Positions 1 through 9,240 of a stretch of DNA of 45,487 nt are shown here, one piece after another. The notes below the pieces were generated by a model. That model was not told where the DNA came from. It saw only the letters and a list, made by a program, of their open reading frames with translations, and searched no databases. A program made the translations under genes and the position numbers. Origin of the DNA: Cyanobacteriota bacterium (GTDB taxonomy: Bacteria; Cyanobacteriota; Cyanobacteriia; PCC-6307; Cyanobiaceae); NCBI GenBank assembly GCA_046047915.1, contig JBJOHB010000087.1:1-45487 (forward strand). Direction: 5' to 3'. Position 1 is the first letter of the stretch; each line of letters starts with the position of its first letter.

Positions 1-1133
1 GCCAGACCGATCACCACCGGCGTCCAAGCGGACACCACAGGCCAGAGGGTTCCCTTGACCCCCAGCGAACTGAAGATAAAGGACATCAGGTAATAGCCAA
101 AGATCAGCAGGACGCTGATGACGAAGCCCTGACTGCGGCTGGTGCGCGAATTGGGCCTCACGCCAAGGGCGCTGCCAACGAGTCCAAACACCAGACAAAT
201 GGCCGGGAAGGCGAATTTTTCCTGAATGCGTACCCGCAGCCGCCTGGCCTCTTTGAGGTTGTTGGCTTCAGCCAGCAGGCGTTCGGCTCGGCGCGCCTGG
301 GCCACGGTCATCTGATTGGCGTCCGTCGGCAGCTGGGCCACCTCGATCGGGCCCTGGCCCAGGGGATAGAGGTAGCGATCAAACTCGGCAGAGGTGGTCT
401 GCCCGCCGGTTTCGTCGACACTGATCAAACGACCCTGGCGAAACTCCCACATGCCTGCGGCGGGATTCCAGGTGCCGGTCTGCGCCGACAACATCTGCCG
501 TTGGCCGACCCTGGAAAAGTCGATCACGGTCACGTCCTTCATTTCACCCTTTTCAAAACGACGGGCATAAAAGAGCTGGGACAGACCATGGCCCACCTGG
601 CCATCGGGTGCCGTCAGGGGGCCAAAACGCGAATACAGGGTGTTGTCGGCTGTTTCTGTGGCAATCGCCTGACCCAGGGCCCGGTTCAGGGTATTGGCAG
701 CGGCCAGGTTGGCCCGAGGAACAATCGCGTCGTTGAACACAAAGGTGAGCAGACTCATCACCAGTGCCAGAACCAGGGCCGGTAAGACCATGCGCCGGGT
801 GCTGACCCCGACGCTGCGCAAGGCCGTGAGCTCGCTGTTGCCGGACAGGCGGCTGTAGGCCAGCAGGGTGGCCATGAGGGTGGCCATCGGGAATGCCAAC
901 ACCAGAAAGGCTGGCAGGTTCAGCAGCAACACCTGGGCGGCGGCCCACAACGGCAGTCCCGATTCGGCGACGCGGCGAACCAGTTCGAACACGACGCCAA
1001 CCGACAGCGACACCGCCGTGAAGGCTGCGATGCCGAACAGCAGGGGGCCCAGCAATTCGCCCAGCAGCCAACGGTCCAGCAACGGGAGCCGTGTCCATTG
1101 CCGCCTTGACCAGACCCAAGCCCTGTTGATCAC
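1..1133 (-). CDS. LptF/LptG-family (YjgP/YjgQ) LPS-export permease, C-terminus cut by the window edge
   Basis: Not in the ORF track because there is no stop inside the window. My reverse-strand translation is open from a GTG at 1133 (GTGA overlap with the lptB stop) down to base 1. It reads ..QWTRLPLLDRWLLGELLGPLLFGIAAFTAVSLSVGVVFELVRRV..QEKFAFPAICLVFGLVGSALGVRPNSRTSRSQGFVISVLLIFGYYLMSFIFSSLG.. This is multi-TM and permease-like, directly downstream of lptB. The listed ORF 553..1119 is a wrong-frame shadow. The exact start is uncertain. Confidence 0.75.
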   Translation of the reverse strand, partial: MINRAWVWSRRQWTRLPLLDRWLLGELLGPLLFGIAAFTAVSLSVGVVFELVRRVAESGLPLWAAAQVLLLNLPAFLVLAFPMATLMATLLAYSRLSGNSELTALRSVGVSTRRMVLPALVLALVMSLLTFVFNDAIVPRANLAAANTLNRALGQAIATETADNTLYSRFGPLTAPDGQVGHGLSQLFYARRFEKGEMKDVTVIDFSRVGQRQMLSAQTGTWNPAAGMWEFRQGRLISVDETGGQTTSAEFDRYLYPLGQGPIEVAQLPTDANQMTVAQARRAERLLAEANNLKEARRLRVRIQEKFAFPAICLVFGLVGSALGVRPNSRTSRSQGFVISVLLIFGYYLMSFIFSSLGVKGTLWPVVSAWTPVVIGL

Positions 1134-1858
1134 AGCTGGAAGCCCTCCCCCAGGTAGTGGCGCCGGACCATGGGATCGGAGCCCATGGCTGCAGCGGTGC
1201 CCGAAGCGAGGATGCGCCCGTCGGTCAAGATGTAGGCCCGATCGGTGATCGCTAGGGTCTCGCGCACGTTGTGGTCGGTGATGAGCACACCCATACCGCG
1301 ATCCCTGAGGCTGGCGACCAGGTCCTGAAGATCGGCCACGGCCATCGGGTCGACGCCCGCAAACGGTTCGTCCAGCAACAGATAACGGGGGCCCTCGATG
1401 CCGACGGCCAGGGCCCGGGCCACCTCGCAACGGCGCCGTTCACCGCCTGACAACTGGTAGCCACGCCGTTGCAGAAACGGTTCGAGGCGAAACTCATCGA
1501 CCAACTGCTCCAGACGCTGCCGCTGCTGCGCCTTTGGCGTCCGGCTGACCTGGAGAGTCAGACGCAGGTTGTCAGCCACGGTCAGCTGACGAAACACACT
1601 GGGCTCCTGGGGCAGATAGCCGATCCCCAGCCGCGCCCGCTCGGGCATGGAGCACGCTTCGACAGGGTTGCCGTCAACCCGGATGCTGCCGCTGTTCGGA
1701 TGCAGCAAACCGGTGATCAGATGGAACGTGGTCGTCTTGCCGGCCCCATTGGGCCCCAGCAAACCGACCACCTCGGAACGGTGGAGAGTGAGATCAATGC
1801 TTTTGACCAGCGGGCGCCCGTCGATGCTGAGGCACACCTGCTCAACAACCAGACTCAT
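1130..1858 (-). CDS. lptB: LPS export ABC transporter ATP-binding protein LptB
   Basis: Walker A GPNGAGKTT, ABC signature LSGGERRR and Walker B LLLDEPF are present. Length is 242 aa. It is flanked by an OstA/LptA-like gene and an LptF/G-type permease. Confidence 0.9.
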   Translation of the reverse strand: MSLVVEQVCLSIDGRPLVKSIDLTLHRSEVVGLLGPNGAGKTTTFHLITGLLHPNSGSIRVDGNPVEACSMPERARLGIGYLPQEPSVFRQLTVADNLRLTLQVSRTPKAQQRQRLEQLVDEFRLEPFLQRRGYQLSGGERRRCEVARALAVGIEGPRYLLLDEPFAGVDPMAVADLQDLVASLRDRGMGVLITDHNVRETLAITDRAYILTDGRILASGTAAAMGSDPMVRRHYLGEGFQL

Positions 1859-2376
1859 CGTTGATCGGGCCCGGTCGTCACCCCATCCAGCCGCAGGGTG
1901 CTGACCACCTGCTGTCCTTGACGGGGCTGGGCCAGGACCCGCTGGCTGTTGAGCAAGACGATGACCCGTTCAGCCCGCATGGAACTGCCATCGGCCTGAA
2001 TCACATCGACATCGCCGCTGAGCACGATCCGAGCCTCCCGTGAGAAGTACTGGGCTTGCCGGGCTGTTGCGACCACCCGTCGATCGGGATAGACAATGCG
2101 CACATTGCCGCTGGCGGTGATCACACCGGTGGCGTTGTCGGCCTGTTGCTGGTCCGATTCAATCGAGACCAGACCCGTTGTGGCCAAAGCAGCCGCTGGA
2201 GCCACTCCCGTGGCTTGGGGCGAGGGGGGCAGCCCCTGGGTCTGCGCCATCGCCTGCTGCACCGGGGCGACGATCGCTGGGATCGCGATCGCCAGCATCA
2301 AACTGGCCAGGCGGTTGCGCGGACGACAGCAACGCCATGGAATCAAGTCCTGCGTCACCAGCCACAGAGCGTGCAA
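1855..2376 (-). CDS. OstA/LptA-like periplasmic LPS-transport protein (LptA/LptC family)
   Basis: Signal-peptide-like N-terminus (RPRNRLASLMLAIAIPAIVAPVQQAMA). The rest is a beta-rich OstA_N-like segment (ADNATGVITASGNVRIVYPDRRVVATARQAQYFSREARIVLSGDVDVIQADGSSMRAERV). There is a 4-nt overlap with the lptB start. The track start is a TTG. An ATG at 2298 is an alternative. Confidence 0.6.
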   Translation of the reverse strand: MHALWLVTQDLIPWRCCRPRNRLASLMLAIAIPAIVAPVQQAMAQTQGLPPSPQATGVAPAAALATTGLVSIESDQQQADNATGVITASGNVRIVYPDRRVVATARQAQYFSREARIVLSGDVDVIQADGSSMRAERVIVLLNSQRVLAQPRQGQQVVSTLRLDGVTTGPDQR

Positions 2377-2380
2377 TGCA

Positions 2381-2396
2381 GCAATCTACAGATTGC
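2381..2396. repeat. 16-nt inverted repeat GCAATC-TACA-GATTGC in the spacer between the DUF309 gene and the lptA-like gene
   Basis: Read directly: gcaatc taca gattgc. It is locally AT-richer than its surroundings and lies 5 nt upstream of the TTG start of the lptA-like ORF. No T-run follows on either strand, so it looks more like an operator or small hairpin than a terminator. Confidence 0.5.
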
Positions 2397-2427
2397 CCTG
2401 TCGGCCTTTGCCATCATCCGCACCGTG

Positions 2428-2805
2428 TCAGAGCCACCGCAACTGCAAGGGCGGCAACCGGTCCCCGTCAACAGCAGAGCTCCCCTGCAGGGCCGCAAGG
2501 TGCCGAGCAGCGCAGGAACGCAAATCGGCGAGATCGAGCCCCAGGGCGGCGTCCTCGCAACCCCGTAGCCGTCCCAGGCCCTCGCCCATCAGGATCGTCG
2601 CCCCACGGTTGTTGTCCCGTTGGCGATGGAGCTGGGCAACAGCAATCTGCAGGATTCCCTGCAAGACAGGGCGCATGGGTCCCTGGGTTTCGTGCCACAG
2701 CTCCTCGAATCCGTCATGACAGGCGTACCACTCGCCGGCGTTGAACAGATCAATCGCCTGGGCCAACCGAGGATCAGCCTGCAACGCCTGCTCCTCGGAC
2801 GGCAT
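2428..2805 (-). CDS. DUF309-family protein (function unknown)
   Basis: The sequence FNAGEWYACHDGFEELWHE...LQGILQIAVAQLHRQRDNNRGA matches the DUF309 signature as I remember it. Length is 125 aa. It starts 10 nt after the typA stop. Confidence 0.65.
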   Translation of the reverse strand: MPSEEQALQADPRLAQAIDLFNAGEWYACHDGFEELWHETQGPMRPVLQGILQIAVAQLHRQRDNNRGATILMGEGLGRLRGCEDAALGLDLADLRSCAARHLAALQGSSAVDGDRLPPLQLRWL

Positions 2806-2814
2806 CAGCAGCGG

Positions 2815-4623
2815 TCAGCGGCGTGCAGGCTTTTTAGCCGGCATTTTGCGCAGCCGGATCGACTCGGGGGTGACCTCGAGCATTTCATCGGGACCGATGT
2901 ACTCGAGGGCGCGCTCCAAGGTCATCTGCAGCGGCGCCTGCAGGGTGTCGAGCTCCTCTGCACCAGCCGAGCGCATGTTGGTGAGTTGCTTGGCTTTGCA
3001 GACATTGATTTCCAGATCCTGAGGACGATTGTTCTCGCCCACAATCATGCCTTTGTAAACCTTGGTACCAGGACTAATAAAGAACTGGCCTCGATCCTCG
3101 GCATTCTTAAGTGCATAGAAGGTGGCTGTTCCTTCCTCAAAGGCGATCAACACCCCATTGCGACGGGTGTCGAAATCACCTTGCATCGGCCTGTAGTCCA
3201 GGAACGAGTGGCTCATGATTCCTTCACCACGGGTGGCGCGAATGAATTCGCCGCGGAAACCAATCAAACCCCTGGAAGGAACAACAAACTCAAGCTGGGT
3301 ACGCCCGTCACTGCTGGTTTCCATGTTCTGCATCTCGCCTTTGCGAACGCCCAGCTTTTCAATGCAGGCACCCACGGAGGCTTCGGGCACATCCATCACA
3401 AGCGTCTCAAACGGCTCATGGGGGGTGCCGTCAATCGTCCGGAAAATGACCTGCGGCTGACTGACCTGGAACTCGTAACCCTCGCGACGCATGGTCTCGA
3501 TCAGGATGCCCAGGTGCAGTTCGCCCCGTCCACTGACCGAGAAACGATCCGGTGAGTCGGTGTCCTCAACCCGCAGCGCCACGTTGGTGAGCAGTTCGCG
3601 CTGCAGACGGTCCCGCAGTTGGCGGCTGGTGACAAATTTGCCCTCTTTGCCAGCAAACGGTGAATCGTTCACGACAAAGGTCATCTGCAAAGTGGGTTCA
3701 TCCACCTTGATCAGCGGCAGTGCCTCTGGGTTGTCGGGACAGGCAATCGTTTCGCCAATGTTGACTTCGTCAAAACCGGCAACCGCCACGAGATCGCCGG
3801 CGCTTGCGGTTTCAATCTCGACCCGTTGCAGCCCTTGGAAGCCAAGCAACTTGCTGATGCGCCCACGCTTGATGCTGCCGTCATCCCGAATCAGGGCTGC
3901 GCTCTGGCCGGCCTTGATCACCCCATTGTGAATGCGGCCGATCATGATACGGCCAAGAAAATCGCTGTAATCCAGCGTTGTCACCTGCATCTGCAGGGGC
4001 TTGCTGGCATCGCCAACCGGCGGCGGCACATGGCGCAAGATGGCATCAAACAGCGGCTTCATGGTCTCGCTGTCCGTCTTCATGTCGGGCTTGGCGTAGC
4101 CACCCATGCCACTTCCGAACAGATAGGGGAAATCGCACTGGTCGTCGTCAGCCCCAAGCTCCAGAAAGAGATCCAGGACCTTGTCGACAGCCAGCTCCGG
4201 ATCGACGCGAGCCCGGTCAATCTTGTTGACGAAAACAATCGGGCGCAGACCCTTTTCAAGGGCCTTCTTCAACACAAAACGGGTCTGGGGCATCGGCCCC
4301 TCATTGGCGTCGACGATCAGCAGGGCACCATCGACCATGCCCAGGACCCGTTCCACCTCGCCGCCAAAATCGGCGTGGCCAGGGGTGTCAACGATGTTGA
4401 TGCGAATACCGTTGTAGTCAACGGCTGTGTTCTTGGAGAGAATGGTGATGCCGCGCTCCCGCTCCAGATCATTCGAGTCAAGAACGCAAGTCGGTACGGC
4501 CTCGCCATCACGAAAAATGCCTGACTGACTGAGCAGTGCATCAACGAGTGTGGTCTTGCCGTGGTCAACGTGGGCGATGATCGCAATGTTGCGAATGGCC
4601 GCGCCTTTGTGCTCACCACTCAT
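2815..4623 (-). CDS. typA: Translational GTPase TypA/BipA
   Basis: G1 [16 protein letters not shown]3 DTPGHADF, G4 NKIDR, and an EF-G-like domain order throughout. The track ORF extends to a TTG at 4653. The ATG at 4623 ([25 protein letters not shown]) gives the usual N-terminus. Confidence 0.95.
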   Translation of the reverse strand: MSGEHKGAAIRNIAIIAHVDHGKTTLVDALLSQSGIFRDGEAVPTCVLDSNDLERERGITILSKNTAVDYNGIRINIVDTPGHADFGGEVERVLGMVDGALLIVDANEGPMPQTRFVLKKALEKGLRPIVFVNKIDRARVDPELAVDKVLDLFLELGADDDQCDFPYLFGSGMGGYAKPDMKTDSETMKPLFDAILRHVPPPVGDASKPLQMQVTTLDYSDFLGRIMIGRIHNGVIKAGQSAALIRDDGSIKRGRISKLLGFQGLQRVEIETASAGDLVAVAGFDEVNIGETIACPDNPEALPLIKVDEPTLQMTFVVNDSPFAGKEGKFVTSRQLRDRLQRELLTNVALRVEDTDSPDRFSVSGRGELHLGILIETMRREGYEFQVSQPQVIFRTIDGTPHEPFETLVMDVPEASVGACIEKLGVRKGEMQNMETSSDGRTQLEFVVPSRGLIGFRGEFIRATRGEGIMSHSFLDYRPMQGDFDTRRNGVLIAFEEGTATFYALKNAEDRGQFFISPGTKVYKGMIVGENNRPQDLEINVCKAKQLTNMRSAGAEELDTLQAPLQMTLERALEYIGPDEMLEVTPESIRLRKMPAKKPARR

Positions 4624-4700
4624 AGGGGGTATTCCAGTCACGATTGAGTCCAAGCCATGACTCTATCTCAGCCCCCTCCCCGGCAAGCGGTTCTCGCCGG

Positions 4701-4722
4701 TCAGCGGTTGATCAGCGGTTGA
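4701..4722. repeat. Perfect tandem duplication of an 11-mer (TCAGCGGTTGA x2) spanning the stop codon of the VanY-like gene
   Basis: Read directly: tcagcggttga at 4701-4711 and again at 4712-4722. The second copy carries the in-frame stop (tca at 4712-4714 on the plus strand). Confidence 0.9.
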
Positions 4723-5575
4723 GCCTCTGGGCGGGTTCAAACACCTGCAACGCCTGAGCCGTGCCTTCGAATCGCCAGTGCCAGGGTTCGTAGTTGACAC
4801 CTTGGAGATTCCCGGACGGAAAGGAGAGCACGAAGTGGAACCGGGCGGCGTTGGCCTGCAGCCAGGCGAACGCGGCGGTCTGCTCAAAGCGTTGGGAGAG
4901 GTTGGTCTGGGGGGCTGTGCCGTCGCCCAGATCGACCGCATATCCGGTGCTGTGCTCGGAGTAACCGGGCGGGGCGCTGACCCTGGCGCGCTCCAGGGCA
5001 CTTTGGTTGCGTTGGGATTTGACGTCGAAGAACAGTTGCTTCTGGAGAGCCAACGAGCGAAAGCCACTCAACAGGATCAGATCGATGCCGTCTGCCTGGG
5101 CAGCGCTCTGCATGCCCAGAAACGCACCAGCTGCATCGCGATGCAGCTCGAGCCCAGGGGCAACTGTGACCCGGTCGGCAGCTGGCAGTTCCTGGTACGG
5201 GAAGTGGCCGAGCAGTCGGCCGTCTGCCGACGGGCGTTGCACGGCAGCGGTGGGGGCCCAAGGGTCACCACGCTGCAGCAACAACTGGGGAGCCAGAAGC
5301 GTCAGGGATGCGGCCAGTGCCACCAGCAGCAGCACAGCGGCCACCAGGGGCAGGCGTTCGCGCCGTCGCGACCGCAAGGGCAGCACCACGCGGCGGGCAA
5401 GTGGGATGTCCTCATCCACTGCCCGCAGCGGCCTGGGGGAGCCTGACCGCTGCACGGCGCCAGATCTGCGGCTAGGAGGGGCCAGTGCCCTGGTCACAGA
5501 CGTCGTGACGATCCTAGTTGGGACTGCTGCAAGGGCCAGCAACCCAACGGCCAACAGTGTTAGCGTCCAGCCCAA
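4712..5575 (-). CDS. VanY-type D-alanyl-D-alanine carboxypeptidase (peptidase M15B), membrane anchored
   Basis: N-terminal TM segment MGWTLTLLAVGLLALAAV. Zinc and catalytic motifs SEHSTGYAVD and EPWHWRF are present. The LLSGFRSLALQKQLF region is typical of VanY-like LAS peptidases. Confidence 0.8.
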   Translation of the reverse strand: MGWTLTLLAVGLLALAAVPTRIVTTSVTRALAPPSRRSGAVQRSGSPRPLRAVDEDIPLARRVVLPLRSRRRERLPLVAAVLLLVALAASLTLLAPQLLLQRGDPWAPTAAVQRPSADGRLLGHFPYQELPAADRVTVAPGLELHRDAAGAFLGMQSAAQADGIDLILLSGFRSLALQKQLFFDVKSQRNQSALERARVSAPPGYSEHSTGYAVDLGDGTAPQTNLSQRFEQTAAFAWLQANAARFHFVLSFPSGNLQGVNYEPWHWRFEGTAQALQVFEPAQRLNR

Positions 5576-5599
5576 ATCCCTGATCCGGAGCGGTTTTCG

Positions 5600-6991
5600 A
5601 TGTTGCGAGTGGCGGTCGTGGGCGGCGGTCCCAGCGGTTCCTGTGCGGCTGAGGTTCTGGCCAAGGCCGGAATCCAGACCTGGATCTTCGAGCGCAAGCT
5701 CGACAACGCCAAACCCTGCGGCGGCGCCATCCCTTTGTGCATGGTCTCGGAATTCGACCTGCCCGAATCGATCATTGACCGCAAGGTCCGCAACATGAAG
5801 ATGATTTCCCCCTCGAATCGCGAGGTGGACATCAATCTCGACAATGCCGATGAATACATCGGTATGTGCAGGCGCGAGGTCATGGACGCCTTCCTGCGCA
5901 ACCGAGCGGCCGAACTTGGAGCCCAGTTGGTCAACGGTCTAGTGACCAAGATCGACACCGGCAGCAACCGCCAGGGTCCCTACACCCTGACCTATTCCGA
6001 CTACAGCGGCGGCGAGGCGACCGGTGACACCAAGACCCTTGAGGTCGACTTGATCATCGGCGCCGATGGCGCCAACAGCCGAGTTGCCAAGGCCATGGAC
6101 GCCGGCGACTACAACGTGGCGATCGCCTTCCAGGAGCGCATCAAGTTGCCGCCAGAAGAGATGAAGTATTACGAAAGCCTGGCTGAGATGTACGTTGGTA
6201 CAGATGTGTCACCCGATTTCTATGCCTGGGTGTTTCCTAAATACGACCATGTTGCCGTCGGCACCGGCACCATGCAGCAGAACCAGTCGTTGATCAAGAG
6301 CCTCCAGGAAGGCATCCGTGAGCGGGCCAAGAAGCGCCTTGTCAACGGTGAAGTGATCAAGGTCGAGGCCCACCCCATTCCAGAGCATCCCAGGCCCCGT
6401 CGCGTCGTTGGTCGCATGGCCCTGGTTGGCGACGCCGCTGGCTACGTCACCAAAAGCTCGGGCGAAGGCATTTACTTTGCTGCCAAAAGCGGCCGCATGT
6501 GCGCCGAGCAGATTGTTGAATCCAGCCAGGGTGGTCAGCGTGTTCCCAGCGAGGCCGATCTCAAGAAGTACCTCAAAAAATGGGACCGTCAGTACGGAGC
6601 CACTTACAAGGTTCTGGAAATTCTGCAGAACATCTTCTACCGCAACGATGCGGCGCGCGAAGCCTTCGTTGAGATGTGCGATGACAAGGATGTGCAGCGT
6701 CTGACCTTTGACAGCTACCTCTACAAGCGGGTGGTTGCCATGAATCCCTGGCAACAGCTCAAGCTGACCCTGCTCACCCTTGGCTCGGTGCTGCGCGGCA
6801 ATGCGCTTGCTCCCCAGTCCTACAAGCCGGTGCCCAGCGCCGTGCGGGATGACGCCGAGGTCAACGCCATGTTGGCCGTCAGCACCATCAAAGGTGGCAT
6901 TCGCGTCGGCGGGCAGAAGGGCCTCAATGGCAAGGGTGCAGCGGCATCCGCCAGTACTGAGCCAGAGAGGGAGCCGGCCATCAGCCGCTGA
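5600..6991 (+). CDS. chlP: Geranylgeranyl diphosphate/geranylgeranyl-chlorophyll reductase ChlP
   Basis: FAD fold VAVVGGGPSGSCAAEVLA. Strong ChlP-like sequence follows: KPCGGAIPLCMVSEFDLPESIIDRKVRNMKMISPSNREVDI, then DFYAWVFPKYDHVAVGTG. Confidence 0.93.
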   Translation: MLRVAVVGGGPSGSCAAEVLAKAGIQTWIFERKLDNAKPCGGAIPLCMVSEFDLPESIIDRKVRNMKMISPSNREVDINLDNADEYIGMCRREVMDAFLRNRAAELGAQLVNGLVTKIDTGSNRQGPYTLTYSDYSGGEATGDTKTLEVDLIIGADGANSRVAKAMDAGDYNVAIAFQERIKLPPEEMKYYESLAEMYVGTDVSPDFYAWVFPKYDHVAVGTGTMQQNQSLIKSLQEGIRERAKKRLVNGEVIKVEAHPIPEHPRPRRVVGRMALVGDAAGYVTKSSGEGIYFAAKSGRMCAEQIVESSQGGQRVPSEADLKKYLKKWDRQYGATYKVLEILQNIFYRNDAAREAFVEMCDDKDVQRLTFDSYLYKRVVAMNPWQQLKLTLLTLGSVLRGNALAPQSYKPVPSAVRDDAEVNAMLAVSTIKGGIRVGGQKGLNGKGAAASASTEPEREPAISR

Positions 6992-9146
6992 GGCGGCTGA
7001 AGTCGGCCAGGACCATCGCCTGATTGCGCAGCACCGCCAGCAGATTGAGGCGGTTGCTGCGCAGCTCAGGATCGTCGACCATCACCATCACGCTCTGGTC
7101 ACCATCAAAGAAGGCTGCAAGCACGTCGGCCGACGCACTGAGCTGTCGGGCCAGAGAGGCGTAACGATCCGGAGCCGTGCCACAGGCAATCGGTTCAAGC
7201 GTCTGCAAGACCGAGAGCATGGCTGCCTCGCTGCTGCGTTCAAACAGATCCGCACGAACAGCACCTGAGGGCGTCAACACCTCGGTCGAGAGCTCTCCCT
7301 TTTCGGCCAGGCGAGAGGCGCGCGTGACCACGGCCTGCACAGCTGCCAACTCCCCACTCTGGCGCAAGTGGGCCAACAGTTCTGTGCGCCTGCGGGCGTC
7401 GAACGGATCGCAGAGGACCCGCCGCCAGGCCACACTTTCGCCGGCCACCGCCTGCACCAGGTCAGGATCGAAACCGTCCTCCTCAAGCAGGCTGACGATG
7501 CGCTGACGCAGCAGCTCCTCAAGGTCCTGTTGCAGGGATTCTGGGTTGAGCTGAAAGTGCGGGAACAGAGCGCTCCAATGGGTGCAGCAGCGGGCCAGCA
7601 GGGCCTGCAGATCGATGCTCCAGCCGCGCTCCCAGAGGATCTGCAGCATGCCGTTGCCCGCGCGCCGCAAACCGTAGGGATCGGACGATCCACTGGGACG
7701 CTCGCCTTTGGCGTAGATGCTGAGCAGCAGCTCCAGGCGCTCAGCCAGGGCAACCACAGCGCCGGCATCGCTGCTGGGCAGGGCATCGCCGGCACCCCGG
7801 GGCAGGTAGTGCTCGAGCACGGCCAGGGCCACAGGTCGCGGTTCACCCTCGGCCAGCAGGTATTTCCCCCCCATGACCCCCTGCAATTCTGGAAACTCGC
7901 CCACCATCTGGCTGACCAGATCGTGTTTGCAGAGATGGGCGGCGCGGCGGGCATGGTCAGCGGTGCCGGGCGGCAGGGCAAGAACCCCTAGCAGCACATC
8001 GGTGCACCATTCGAGCCGCTCAACGCGATCGAGAACGCTGCCCAGACCTTCGGCAAAGGTCACCCGCGCCAACTGATCGCGGCGATCGATGCTGGCCACG
8101 GCCCGGTCCGCCTCAACAAAGAACGCGGCATCGGCCAAGCGGGCCTTGAGCACCCGCTCGTTGCCGCGGCGGATGGTCGGGGTCGCTTGCGGCAGGCCAT
8201 TGCCGATGCACAAAAAGCGGTTCATCAGTTCACCGCGGGCCACCAGCGCCAGCGGGTCACCACTGGCATTGCCCAGGTAGAGCGGCACATACCGCTGGTG
8301 CGCGCGCATCACCGTGCTGAGCACTTCGGCCGGCAGGTCCAGGTAACGCTCCTCAATGCTGCCTTCGATCAGCGACGGCGATTCGACCAGGTCGACCAGT
8401 TCGGCAAACAGCGAATCCGGCAGATCGGGCTTGCCTCCTAGAGCAGCAGCGGCATGGTCAACGCTGGCGCGGATCTGCGCGGCGCGTTGGGCCCGTTCCA
8501 CCATCACCCCGGCCTGTCCCATCGACTCGGTGTAGGAGCCGGCTTCGGTGATCAGCACCGACTCGCTGATCAGACGATGCCCGCGGCTGTGGCGTCCAGC
8601 CTCGACGACAGGATCGCTGCCCTCAAGCCGGGCCGGCACGATCTCAGCGTCAAGCAAGGCCACCAACCACCGCACCGGCCGTGAAAAGCGGCTCTCACCC
8701 TGCCCCCAACGCATGAAGCGTCGGCCCTGCAGGGCCGCGATCCACTGGGGGATGCACTGCTCCAGCACCGCAGGAGCAGCCAGGCCCCTCTGGATCACCT
8801 TGGCAAAGACAAAAGGCCCCTTGGGGGTCTCCTGAACCGCCAGTGCTTCGGGTTCAACACCGCAACGGCGAGCAAAGCCGACGGCAGCCGGGGTTGGCAC
8901 ACCGTCGTTGAACGCCTGCGCCGCTGGAGGGCCCTTGCGCTCTTCCTCGAGATCAGCGGCAGCAGACTCGAGGCCCTCAAGCATCACCACCAGGCGGCGT
9001 GGTGTGCTGGTGCAATGGAGTGATCCAAAGCCGAGCCGGGCTTCAGCGAGATCACGGCGCACCTGCTGCTCGAGCTGAGGCAGTGCCAGACGGGCGAAAT
9101 CGGCAGGCAGTTCTTCGGTCCCGATTTCAAGCAGAAAGGTCGACAA
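6981..9146 (-). CDS. glyS: Glycine--tRNA ligase beta subunit
   Basis: Canonical N-terminal FLLEIGTEELPADF plus GlyS-like sequence throughout. The track ORF runs to 9374, but that extension overlaps sir. An in-frame TTG at 9146 gives (M)STFLLEIGTEELP and about 721 aa. An ATG at 9263 is the alternative. The 3' end overlaps chlP by 11 nt. Confidence 0.88.
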   Translation of the reverse strand: MSTFLLEIGTEELPADFARLALPQLEQQVRRDLAEARLGFGSLHCTSTPRRLVVMLEGLESAAADLEEERKGPPAAQAFNDGVPTPAAVGFARRCGVEPEALAVQETPKGPFVFAKVIQRGLAAPAVLEQCIPQWIAALQGRRFMRWGQGESRFSRPVRWLVALLDAEIVPARLEGSDPVVEAGRHSRGHRLISESVLITEAGSYTESMGQAGVMVERAQRAAQIRASVDHAAAALGGKPDLPDSLFAELVDLVESPSLIEGSIEERYLDLPAEVLSTVMRAHQRYVPLYLGNASGDPLALVARGELMNRFLCIGNGLPQATPTIRRGNERVLKARLADAAFFVEADRAVASIDRRDQLARVTFAEGLGSVLDRVERLEWCTDVLLGVLALPPGTADHARRAAHLCKHDLVSQMVGEFPELQGVMGGKYLLAEGEPRPVALAVLEHYLPRGAGDALPSSDAGAVVALAERLELLLSIYAKGERPSGSSDPYGLRRAGNGMLQILWERGWSIDLQALLARCCTHWSALFPHFQLNPESLQQDLEELLRQRIVSLLEEDGFDPDLVQAVAGESVAWRRVLCDPFDARRRTELLAHLRQSGELAAVQAVVTRASRLAEKGELSTEVLTPSGAVRADLFERSSEAAMLSVLQTLEPIACGTAPDRYASLARQLSASADVLAAFFDGDQSVMVMVDDPELRSNRLNLLAVLRNQAMVLADFSRLSG

Positions 9147-9240
9147 CGTGGTCCATGGCCCCAGCTGACCACTGTAGGAACCGCCCTGGCGAGGCAGGTC
9201 GTTCGCTACGGTCGAGGCCCGCTCGTGGTATTGCTCGCCT

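Noticed and set aside
553-1119. 188-aa ORF listed on the minus strand downstream of lptB
   Set aside because: It is the wrong frame. A different minus-strand frame is open across the whole of 1..1133 and encodes a convincing multi-TM LptF/G-type permease.
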